DNA of 63,040 bases, counting the filler, from Reticulomyxa filosa (lineage: Eukaryota > Protista > Foraminifera), in NCBI GenBank assembly GCA_000512085.1. It is 18 parts of 18 records of this genome, joined end to end, with 100 filler letters (N's around TTAATTAATTAA, not from the genome) between each part and the next. Parts side by side here need not be neighbours in the genome. Positions count along the whole stretch, not along the records: positions 33,636 to 45,563 come from ASPP01008412.1; positions 45,664 to 46,951 come from ASPP01011805.1; 16 more parts are not named here. The stretch is one strand, 5' to 3'. How positions within the stretch are numbered: position 1 is the stretch's first letter; each line of letters begins with the position of its first letter. This document shows positions 34,971 to 46,887 of this stretch, one piece after another. Position numbers and translations under genes: made by a program. The notes under the pieces were generated by a model. That model was not told the origin of the DNA. It ran no database searches and was given only the letters and a program-made list of their open reading frames with translations.

Positions 34971-37670
34971 TTTTTTTTAGATAGAGATTCTTCAAGCTTT
35001 GGTGATCATCACTTGGCTGATAGCCTTTATCTCACATATGTGGAGTTTAGAGGTAATCCAATGATCCTTTGGGACCTCGCTCAGACTCTTCGATACAGCA
35101 ACAGATATTGATGTCAGATTCAAGAAGAGTAAATATCATTCAACTTACAAGAGACAATCCACAATTCTAATTACCACCACAAACAACCTTAAATAAAACT
35201 GCTACAACTCAAAACAAAACAAAAGTCAACAAGATGTTGAAGCATTTTTTCTTTGACTATTTCTTCTATCGTTGATCTTTCCAGCTGTTTCTCGGCCTCA
35301 GAGGGACTTTCCTTTGGTTTCCGGACCTTTCTTTGGTTTCAGAGTCTTCGGTGATTTTTCTTTGGTTTCCTGTCCTTTCTTTGATCTTTGATCCTTTTTT
35401 TGCTCGGCTCATCGCACGTTTCTGGCACGAGCGCTTTCATCGCATCTTAATGAGATGCCGAATCACGATGATTAGATGTATTTTGGCATTATTGTATTTT
35501 TTTTCGTAACTAAGCATCACACTACAGTACTAAAATTGTAGTTGTTTTTTTTAAAGAAGCATGTTTCTATTCATCTCGCTTCAGCCTCTGAAATATGACT
35601 TTTTCTTCCCAATACTTGCATTTCTTTTCTTCACATAATCTTTAGTGAGATAATTCAAACTTGCATTTGTGGAAATGTGATCTTAGATCCTTCTTTTTGT
35701 TCAGACAGATAACCCAGATCAAAAACAGAACATTTTGATATTCATTACTATTTTTCTTCCATTTTTCCCAAATATTTACAATATCGAAGTTTGTGATTTC
35801 ATCAAATATTCATTAACATTGCTAACAACTAATGTTGTGAAATTCTGCACAAAAATTACTTTCTTGTCTACTTCTTCTTTTTCTTTTTGTTCATTATGCT
35901 TATTTTGATTAGCAATCTTATTTTGTGGTAATGCAACTGTTGGTTCATAATTCTATATCATCTTTTTATTTGCAGATCCAATAGTTTCATTTTGTTCATC
36001 AGAAGGCAAACGTCTTTTTCGATTGTTAAAAGATAAATCAATTGATGAACTCCTGCCATTGTTGGTTAGTGAACTCATGTCCTTCATTTCATAATGTTCA
36101 GCAATATCTCAAAAAAATTTTGCAAGTGGTGTCACAAAAGATTTAATTTTTTTTTAGTAATCAACAAACAACATTACACATGTTTCATTCACGATCTTTA
36201 AGTCTACCAAAGAGACAATGAAGACATTTAATGAAAAAAAAGATCAAACAAAAAATTCCAAAAAAGAATAAAAAAATAAGATTCAAAACAAAAAAATCAA
36301 AAAACAATATCTCAGTGTTAAAATCTCACTATGTCAACTAATATTTTTTCAATTTTATTATTTTGATCATTCTTTTATTTTTCTTATTTTAACGACATCT
36401 TCAGTCTTGTTAGAATTACTTTTACAATTAATATCTTATATAGTTATTTTACTTCTTGTATTTGATATCATATATTCCAATATCTACTTGATTAAAAAAA
36501 AATATATCAAGACCCAACTTCATCATTATGCAAGCAAAAGGCAAAAGCAGGTGAAAAAAAGCCAACGCTATAGTCAAGTGACAAAATGTCTAAATATATT
36601 TTCATATATGCATAGTACAAAACTATAAACATTCAAAATACGCTAATGCGAATGCGTCCGCTCAGCACTTCGCGAGAGCCTTCGGCTTTCTCACCCCTTA
36701 AACGAAAAATCATGGTCAAATCAATGTCACAACGTGGAAAAATTTATACATATGCGTTTTATCGTCTTTAATACAACCCCCCTCAAACAAAAAATCATGT
36801 TATTAAACATTTTGTTTTACTTTTAGTTGGTTGTCTCTTTGGTTGTTTAATAACTTTGCACGAAACATACTCAATGTTGTATTATATCGATACTTATTTA
36901 TGTTATTGTAATTTTAGTAATGTGCTTGTTTGCGTGATTTTTCACTTTCTTTTTCTTTTTTTTTTCATTTGAATTCCAATAATACAACATTTTCTCATCT
37001 AAAAAAAATTCTCATCAACTACTTAAGAAAGTTTTGCAAGTAAAAAGGTTTCTTTTATGTCTTGCTTTATACTTGTTTGCACTGCCTTAGTTTTTCTCGA
37101 TGTCGTGAAATTTCTTGACTATCGAAATCTTTAATCTCAGTTTCAAAATTTCTTGAAGTTCCATAATATACGAAAAATGTTATAAGATGTTATTCCAATA
37201 CTCTAAAAGATTTTTAAAAAGCCACAAATATGTACTCCCAATTCAGATCTAATTTGAAAAATTTCCAAGAAATTTTTACCAAAATTTAAATTAGATGTCC
37301 AAGTACTTCGACCTTTTCAGGAGTTGAAGATTAGATTTTTTAAGAGAAATTGGTTATCTTCATAATGTCGTTTTCACGTTTAGATTTTGTAAAACTTTTT
37401 AAATGAACAAAAATTAACAAAAGATGCTGATTTTCGTAGAAAACAACAATTACTTGTACAATATAATGTAAGGGAATGCGTTTGATTAAAACTTGATAGC
37501 CTAGAAAAATTTCAAAAGAATTTTCAATTTCCAATATTTTCCAAAACCAAAAAGAATGGGCGTCGTTAAGGGTACAAGATTAGACAACTTGGCCAGAATT
37601 GAGTTTGCATGGGTGAATAATATTTGGCAAAAAGAATGACAAAAAATTGAAGCAATTGTCTTTTTTTGTC

Positions 37671-38406
37671 CTAGCTGAGCGGCATGTCTTCAGTAAAAGT
37701 AAAAGACTCAACAGTGTTGTCAAATGGATGTGACATATAAAATTTGATGGCTCGGGTATTGGCGGGAAATGCCAACTGTTGCCAAGGAATTTGATCAAAA
37801 GAAAACATGTTCACTTCTTCTGTTTCAGCCAAAGCTTTAATATCGTACTCATTTATGACTTGACCACGATAATACATCAATATTTGATCAATTTTGGGTA
37901 TGGCATACACTCCGCACAAACCCTCTAGTGTTATTATTGCATTACATTCTTCTTTTGCTTCTCTTTGTGCTCCTTGTTCGGGTGATTCTCCCGATTCCAG
38001 AAATCCTTATCATGTTTGCATACAAACAAAGACCTTCCTTTTTTTTTTTTGCTTTTTGTTACATTTTACCTGCAGGTAAGTACCAGTACCCTGCTCGAGG
38101 TGCAATAGCCCGACGACATAACAGCAATTTGTCTCGATTTTTTGACACAGCCACTACTCCACTCACAATTTTTGGATTCGAATATACCACATAATTACAA
38201 TTCGTACACACTAGTCTGAGCTTGTCGTCTCCTTTGGGGATCGCCTTTACGAAAGATTGTGCTATGGTCCCCTTCGTTGTTGTGCTTACTAGTTTCAAAG
38301 AATGACATGTTACACGATCATTTTTTACTCCGCCACAACCCAAAATACGTTTTGACGGCCACATAATTTTGTTACAAAAACCGAATAGTGTCCAGCTTTT
38401 CTGCAT
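37671..38406 (-). CDS. Nudix hydrolase, NUDT23-like (ADP-ribose/FAD pyrophosphatase)
   Basis: IPKGDDKLRLVCTNCNYVVYSNPK, LLLCRRAIAPRAGYWYLPA, an intron, then the Nudix box GFLESGESPEQGAQREAKEEC and FDQIPWQQLAFP. Confidence 0.9.
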
Positions 38407-38682
38407 TTTCGTCTGGTGATATAAAATGTTTAAAAGAGTTTTTTGACACAAGCTACAAACACTCTTCTTTACAAAATACATCTGCAGCACTCCACTATGT
38501 TTTCAACAGAAAAAGAAATTACGCTTTGCTTTGTTGTTTTTTAAACACTAAACGTTATGTTAAATCTCGAAGATAGTCGTCTTTCATGGCTAAAAAACCT
38601 TCATACTGAGAAACTAAATTCGGTAAATTATACGTTTGATCGCTGCGTTCAAAAACTAAAAGTTTTTTGGGCTTTAAAAATA

Positions 38683-39459
38683 ATGTCGAACAACACTTGG
38701 GAACCGTCATTTATTGACAAATTGCGCATACGTGGACAAGCCTATTTGTTGCGCTTTGAGATATTTGCCAAAATCAAAGACTTTACACCAGGTAGCCATG
38801 AAGTGGACGTTCTTCGTGTGTTAAGAAATTGGCGTAAGTTTAAGCGTTACGAAATGAGTGCAGATGAAAAAAAAGTTTGGCAGCGTGCAGAGTCTCGAAA
38901 GATAACAGCAGCAATAGTTGGAGGAATGCTTCCGTGGGGAATTGCTATCTTTCGTTATGTTTATGGCACTATTTTTTGTTTTTATAAATGGCGAGGGTGA
39001 GTACGATGCGAAAGACGAAATTTCTGGACCTTTCTTGTCAAGAAAATTATTTAAAAGTGTGGCTTGTTGGATTCAATAGCACGAATTCGTCCGATTATGA
39101 CGGGAAGTCTTGTGAGATTGTTGGTGACTGGTAATATCGGTGCGGGGATGGCTTGGCTGAACTATTGGTCGATGTGCGTGTCACATGTCCGTGATATTTT
39201 CTCTCTTGAAAACTCTCCAATCACATACGTAACCTTCAACGTGTTATGAATTATTTTGTTTATCTTTCGATCAACATCTTCATTTTTGCCTAAATTTGAA
39301 TATTTACAATAAAAAAGAATGTGCCATCCTGAGTATTTGCGAATGCGTGAAAGATGGCAAATAAGGTATAATTTAAGTGAAGTTGCGCACAGATACTCCA
39401 AATTTAACTTGGATGCTGCATTACGTCAGCGGGCAATGGCTCAAATCACCAACAGATGA
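38683..39459 (+). CDS. Two-TM protein resembling the OCIA domain layout
   Basis: Three exons giving MSADEKKVWQRAE, TM1, TGSLVRLLV, TM2, CVSHVRDIFSLENSP. Confidence 0.6.
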
Positions 39460-40400
39460 TGTATTGTTTGGAATCAAATTATATTAAATGATTCAATGAC
39501 AGATGAATCAGGCGCATTCTTGAATCATAAATTCTAGCGAAAGATTGGCAATCGTTTTGCAAATTCTTCTCAACATAATAAAAAAAGTGTAACTTAACAT
39601 TAAACTGTCTTTTTTTGAATTCATATCCTGATGATCATGGGAACTTGAAGCTGTTGATAACATTACCTCAAAAAACTCGCAATTATATCTTTTTTCTCAT
39701 TAATTGACATGATAAAATTTTTGCGAAAGCGTTTTTTTGCTCAAAACATTTCAAGTTAAAAGTCAACATAAAAGTATTGCATATCAAAATGTTGGGGATT
39801 GAAATTGCATGAAACATATGAACTTAAAAACATTGTATTAAAAAATAAAATCATTACTATTGTTTTTGACAGTACTGAATTTTAAAAAATATACAATCGA
39901 TTGCAAAAAAAAATATCCCTTTTAAAAAAGTTGCTTTAGTTTTTATTTTCTTTTTTGAGATGACATAAGTTACGTAGATTAGATCATATGCAAATCGTCT
40001 TATATTAATAATTTGCAAATGCTGATTTTAGTATGTCTTTCTGTTTGCGATTGATTGTACTCTCAATTTTTTAAATGTCCTTTTCAATATAACAGCCCAT
40101 TCTGGACAGTATTATCTTTACAAATCAACACAAGTTTTTCTTCTATCGAAGTAGTGGACGCAAGAACATGAAAGAAAAATTTTTATGTGTTATCTGGCAT
40201 TACACTTTCAACAGTCAGTTCTCAAAACAAAAAGATAAAACAACACATTAGTGCTTTGTTCCATGCGCAACATTTTTCATTTGAATAATAATTCATAGAC
40301 TGTTATTATCTTTTCGTGTTATATGAATAAATTGAATTCCTGTTTGTGTAGTCAAAAAAGTACATCGCTAAATGTCATATACACTACGAAAACGCAAATA

Positions 40401-40776
40401 CATAGAATGCAAAAGAAATTTGACACATAAAATAGCGTCTTATAGAGATTTTTAAAAATATCTACAAATTGTGTAAATTTATATTATGTTATGACTCAAA
40501 TGAAAAGTTTTTCAAACTCGACTTTTTAATTTTTGTTTAACCTTTCCCTTTTTGTGATTATGTATTTGTCAATTTATCGACTTGTAATTTTAAGATTACT
40601 TATTTTTTTTTAAAACAATTAGTAAATACTTAATAAAAAATAAAATTATATTTAAAAACTATACAATTTGTACATATTTTTAAAAAATTACGTTTAAACG
40701 TTGTTTCTTCATGAAGAAAATCAATTATATATATAAGTTGAAGTTTTATGTGTCAACTTTCTTTTGCATTCTACTA
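40401..40776. mobile_element. MITE-sized derivative of Tc1 family B
   Basis: TA|CATAGAATGCAAAAGAAATTTGACAC ... GTGTCAACTTTCTTTTGCATTCTACTA|TA, with no coding interior. Confidence 0.8.
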
Positions 40777-41584
40777 TATGTCTTGATAGGTAAATCCATA
40801 TCACATATGAAGAGTTGAAATAAGAAAATTGTTGTATTATTGGGTATAAACATTAAATCAAATTATTTCTTTGTATTTCAATTTGCAAATATCGACTTTT
40901 AATTTATCGTTTTCTTTTCCTTTATATTCAATAATGCAATTATCCAATTGTCAAATCAAATATAATTTATAATCACTTATGTAAATCCTTCGATATACTT
41001 ATTTTTCATTTTTAACATATAACAAATTTTTTTTAAGTTATATGTTTCAGAAATACCCATTACAATACTGTAGGGAAAGTCCCTATTATAAATCCCCAAC
41101 TACTAACGGAACGGTGGGACCCCCAGTGGGTTAAAACCCTCTTCTCAACACAACTCACTTTTCTCTCTTTGTACTTGTTTCTCTCCTTTTTAGTTGTCAT
41201 TATTCCTTTTTTAATTTACTTTCTTTTACCGAAGTTGTTCTTTTGGAACCAAGTTCCTTTCGTATTACACTTAGTCTTCTCACAAGTCCCACAAGTCGCT
41301 GAAATTGCCTGCCGACTTCCGAAATTTTCACAATTATCAGAATTTAAAAACATCATTTTTGTTTAAGCAACTAGAAAAGTTTTTTTAAAAAAGTTTAACA
41401 AAAATACGGTCGAACAAGAGTAGTAAAGTACGCGCTGCTTTTCTGAACTTTAGACCCAAAACAAGTAAAATTATGTAATGAACGAAATAAGAATAAAAAA
41501 ATACAACAATGATCAAATTTACTAAAACACGTGATCTAACAATACACCCATGAAAATTCCTTAATCTCTACTTTCTTTTTTGTT

Positions 41585-43518
41585 TTACAAATGGAAAATC
41601 GAAACGAAAGATCCAAAGAGGCCAAATGGTGTTGGCCCACCCATTGCACTAATTTTGGTGCCGTCAAGGCTGTAATCCAAGCAATAAACAGCTTGAGGAG
41701 GTACAATTCCATGGGAGGCAAAAACAGTCTGATAAATATCGTCATTTTTGAGAAAGCCTTTAGAAACAGGGATGAAGTTTTGTTGTGACGACACATCGGT
41801 AATATTTGCATCCCTACGTGGAAAATTCGTTTCAACAGAAACACTTGGAAGAGGACAGGGCAGATAAGCCTGCTTTCTAATATCATAGAATGACAGTCTT
41901 CCCATTCCTCCACCAATCGTGCACACATTGTCTTTCCATTTGACAGTTCTAACCCCCCATCCATTATCCATACTGGCGGCAGAATGATAGGACTGCAAAA
42001 AACTTCTGGGATCAAAGAATTCGATGTGCACTTGAGTACCTACGGCCACCAAACCACGATCGATGTGGATAGATTGACAAACACTTTCTTGGTCATGTTT
42101 TAATCGAGAGCTAAAAGCAGATTTTCCTACATTCAAATCCCATATTTTCACGCAACCATCCATACTTACTGCACATAAGGTTGAGGGAGCATTTGGGTGC
42201 ACAGCCATGGTGCGGATTCGGAATTCGTCCATTTTTTGGTGCGTGTTGCTGGAAACGTTGCAGCTGCCAAACTCTTTACTGCTTTCAATTATGTGCTGTG
42301 GCTGTTGGTGTAGCGTTACATTTCTGTTTGCAAACACGTTGGTATTTTTCATCAACGATTCTACCGAGCATTGTGTTGTTGCTCGTATCGTATGTTTGCA
42401 ATTTTTTAAGATATTCTCTGTGTTCCAAATTATTATTTTTCCATCTCGTCCTCCTTTATAGATTTTGTTTGTTACAGTCCAAAAAAAAAAGTGGGAAAAA
42501 AAACGCATGTGGTTCTTACAATAATTTTTTCTAAAAAGAATTAATGTACCTGTGACAAGGCGGTTTTCATTACTCCAATCTATTCCAAATACACAGTCAT
42601 TGTGCGACTGTAATACACTTAGTGGTGTCAATGATCTTTTATCAAACAACGTAACGTCTTGCATCCTTTGTTTGTATTATTTTGTGAAATTTTTTTTTTC
42701 AAAGTCCGTCTTTTTGGGATAAGGCTATTTTTTTTACATACCTCAAACCACCAGCTGCCAATAGGTTTTCAGCGGGACTTGTTGCAATATTATGCATCCC
42801 TAAACAAGGTGGTAAACTCGATAGTTCTTTTTTGCAATCTAACAGATCATTGTCGTCAGTGGTGCCATTCGTGTCGGTAGTGGATGTTGAATTTTGTGTT
42901 GCGGCATCAATGCAAAGTTCATTACTAGCTGCGAGCAAATTATCGTTCATATCACTCATGGAATGCAAACGATTGTAGGGACGAGCGTTTGGTCGATGGG
43001 ATGGCAACATCGACGGAACAGGAAGAGATTTACGTTTCCGAAGGTTTTTGGTGAGTGAAATGAATACAGGATCTGGAAGTTCGATCTCGTGATGCTTCTG
43101 AGTTATGATGTCCAGCACAACCAAACGATTGTCTTTGGTTCCAAAGATTGCGGTCTTGTCGTCTAACCATTCACTACAAAAAATTTTATTGTGTCTATTG
43201 GAGGTATGGATAACCGTTTCTTCTAATTGATATGCAATATTAATTTTGTTGTCTTTTGACGATACTTTAGTGTGTTGCACCTTTATTTCTTCGCTCTTGC
43301 ATGTTTTATATTTCTTTTTGCCCTTCCAACTATGTTGCCAAAAAACAATCTTGAAAAATTTACAAAAAAAAAAACAACAGATAAAAGTATTTTTCATACA
43401 TCTGTTCAATTTTGCTCTCTTTCTTTATTTTCACATCTTCACAATTGAGTTGGTGATATTTCACAGTCTCGATTTCTGATAACGATTTTCGTTTTATCCA
43501 ATGATGAACCAGTTTCAT
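41585..43518 (-). CDS. DCAF12: DDB1- and CUL4-associated factor 12-like WD40 protein
   Basis: NKIFCSEWLDDKTAIFGTKDNRL, GMHNIATSPAENLLAAGG, GVRTVKW..TIGGGMGRLSFYDIR and AVYCLDYSLDGTKISAMGGPTPFGLFGSF. Confidence 0.85.
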
Positions 43519-44115
43519 CTCCAAATTATTTATTTTATTCAGCAAAAAAAAAATACGAAATAACAAAAAAATAAGGTATAAACTAAATAAAAATCAAGTT
43601 GTGATCACAAAAATTTTTTGGCACAGGCTTTTGAAAAAAGAAATGGTTTGTAATTCTTCATAATTTGAAATTTATTTTTTATTGATCGACTAAAATCTCT
43701 CAGTAAAATTCATTTGAAAACAGTAAAAAATTTGCAAACGATAAACTTGAAAGTATAATTTGTCTATTATCTCCAACAAAGGAAGTGGAAATGTAAATGC
43801 TTTTTTTCTGCAAATATTGTAATGCTTACGACGATACCTAAGCTTTTCTTGTGAAAAAAAATGAATTTGATTTCAACTATTCCAAAGCAGAACAAGATTG
43901 GAACAGCATGTGTTGCATGAAAACTAGCAAGGTTTTTTTTATACAAAGAGCAAAAAACCAATGAACAATACAATGCAACACCTTTGCCAAAGATGGAGTA
44001 AATTTTCAATAGATGAAGATACCTTGAAAAAACAAAAAAAAAAAGTGCTTCGATGCAGAAATAATATGACCCCAAAAAAAAAAATAATTTTTTTTTTTGG
44101 TTGTCGTTGTTCTTA

Positions 44116-45523
44116 CTAATCGGATGGAGGGAGAGAGAGAGTGAGTGACCAAGTTTGAAATAGGTGCAAAATAGGTGTTCCTACAACTCTTTTTTTGGTG
44201 TGATGAATCCAACCTTTTCGGACCACAAAAAAATAAACGAAAGAAGATGACAAGATCATAAGTCCACACATAGCAAGGAACCCAAAATGTGCATTTTCAG
44301 GTGAGATAGTGTATGGAGGAGACAACTGAAAAGGAACCCAACAGTTCATTCCCAAAACTCCAGCCAAGAAGGATGCAGGCAAAAAGACGGCAGCCAGAGC
44401 AGCCAGCTTTGCTCCGATTGCACTCAAGTGATTGCTGTGCCTGGTCATATCCACGGATACCTTAGCCACGAACACATTTTGCAAAGACTCCAAAGTTTGC
44501 ATGCCGATTTCAATGACTTCAACCATTTTGGCCAAGTGATCGTTGATGTCTCGCCAATAAGGCGCAGGGACATCCCGCAAAAACGCGCGCCACTCCAAAT
44601 TGTTCAAATGATCGACCAAGATTGACTTTGGCCATAAGCGATGGCGATAGACGCCGAGCGCAGCACGGCCATTTTGAAAGCGACGCAGTAGTTCATGTTG
44701 GCTATTAATTCCGATCATCGACACTAACTTTTCTAAATTCTCGACTTCGCTGACGACACGATTGACATCAGGGATGAGCGCATCAATCACACCATCCACA
44801 ATGGCATGACAAACCCACCCAGGGCTTGGGCAGCTCCATTTCGGAGTGAGTCCAGGAAAATGCCTCTTATTTTCGGTATTTATCAAAAAAAAAAAAAAAG
44901 AAACCAAAAAATATTTTTCATATCTTTATTCGTCCATGAATTTACTTGTTCAATATATATATATATATATATATGTATATGTATATGTGTACATATAATA
45001 AAAACTTTTTTAATGATTTTTCTTGTATTATCCATAATAACGGCAGGGAGTTCATGGTAGGTTAGCAAAAGAGTTTTGAAGACAATAATGGCGATTCGCT
45101 GAGTCCTTTCACGGTCGTGTGTAGGGGCTCGAATGCAAATGAATAGATACTGGTCAAAGATTTCAAGCTTCTCTCGACAGTCTTTGCTGACGCAATCTTC
45201 GATGGTCAAAGGGTGGATCTTCGGACGAATGCTCTCCGCGATAGTGAGGAACGTTTCCCTGTCGCATGACATGTCCACCCAAATGGGCTGCTTGCTTGTG
45301 TGCTTCAGCTCGGTTATCTTCTTCAGCAGAGCGCTGGCGGTGTACACTTCAAGATGCTCGCTGCTTTCGAATGTACTGAGGTCCGGCGGGGGCCCGACGA
45401 TTACAAACTTGTGTTCATATCGAACTTGTCGCGGCTGAATTTGCTCTCCTTCAAACTCGTTGCCATCCAATGACGTCGTATGCAAATGATCCACAACTTC
45501 GTCGTATTCGTTTAGAGGTATTG
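44116..45523 (-). CDS. CorA-family Mg2+ transporter (Alr1/Mnr2-like), 5' partial
   Basis: IWVDM, IHPLTIEDC, REKLEIFDQYLFI, WVCHAIVDGVID and FLPASFLAGVLGMNCWVP (GMN motif), plus a second TM helix. Confidence 0.92.
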
Positions 45524-45524
45524 C

Positions 45525-45563
<39 letters not shown>

Positions 45564-46362
45564 NNNNNNNNNNNNNNNNNNNNNNNNNNNNNNNNNNNNN
45601 NNNNNNNTTAATTAATTAANNNNNNNNNNNNNNNNNNNNNNNNNNNNNNNNNNNNNNNNNNNNTTTTTTTTTTTTTAATTCAGTCGCATCCCTATCGTGC
45701 TCTTCTTCTACCTTCGCCAATGAATATAGTCAATTTTCAACAACGACTCGCACATGATAATTATCGGTTAATTGGATCCAATCACGATAGCGCAGCCAGT
45801 TTCAATTGTATCTTATTTTGTTTTGTTTTTGTGTTTATTATTTTATTTATCAAACAAAAATAAATGTACTTTTTTTTTTTTGACATATCTGTTTTAGACA
45901 AAGGAACGATGGATATAGATGCAGTAAAAAAATTATTGATAATGTTTAGCATTACGACTCTAAACAATTTTTAATACTGTTCCTGTTGTTGGCGTTTTTG
46001 GTATTTTGAGTCGTTTTTGTATCAGATCAAAATTATACTCAAACATTTTTTCAATTTTCAAAAAATTTTTTAAATAAAATATAATTTTAAATAAATTTTT
46101 TATTTAATATTTGCCAGATTAATCTTGAAATTTTTGTTTGAAAAGTTCTTTGATTTATTGCAAAATATAACATTAAACTTAATCAAAATAATTGAATATT
46201 ATTCTTAGGCAAAGCATATATCAATAAAGGAGAACACGACAAAGCAATAAAAATTGTTTCAATTCAAAATTATCGAAAGATGCAAGTGTTCAAGAGAACA
46301 ATAGTTTTTTTTTTACTTCTTCCCCCTTTTTAAATTAAAGATTGCAACATTTTGAATTAAAG

Positions 46363-46887
46363 ATGAGTCAGGAAAGCAAAGAAGCAGGCCAGACATTATG
46401 GCGTTGTAATGTGTGCTTGCTGTATAATCTTGTGGAAGCGAGGCAGTGCCAAGCATGTTTTACCAGGCGTTCCCCGAACGCGCTAACGAAGACACTTGAG
46501 CGACCAATAAAAACGTGGCGTCCAGCAGGCAGTAAGAAGACATTGTGTTCGAGTATCGACGATACATATTACACGGACGACATGGTCAACTTCAATGATG
46601 TGTCCAAATACTTGTACCAGTTGATGCAGGAGCGAATAATAATTTTGGATGGGGCAATGGGAACGACGATCCAAAAGCATCGTTTGACAGAGGAGCAATT
46701 TCGTGGACAACGCTTTCAAGCGCATCACAGGCCTTTGAAAGGAAACAATGATTTGTTGTGTTTGACGCAGCCGCAGATCATTGAGGACATTTACTTCAAC
46801 TATTTGAAAAGTGGAAGTGATATTATCGAGACTAACACTTTCAATGCTAATGCCATCTCGTTGTCTGATTACGATACGGCTGGTTTG
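46363..46887 (+). CDS. MTR: Cobalamin-dependent methionine synthase (Hcy-binding domain start) with an N-terminal RanBP2-type zinc finger, 3' partial
   Basis: ERIIILDGAMGTTIQ...FRGQRF...LKGNNDLLCLTQP...GSDIIETNTFNA...DY, preceded in the same open frame by WRCNVCLLYNLVEARQCQAC. Confidence 0.93.

Noticed and set aside
44116-46887. Apparent clustering of CorA (a Co/Mg transporter) with B12-dependent MetH
   Set aside because: The two genes are on different contigs separated by the spacer at 45564-45663, so the adjacency is an artefact.
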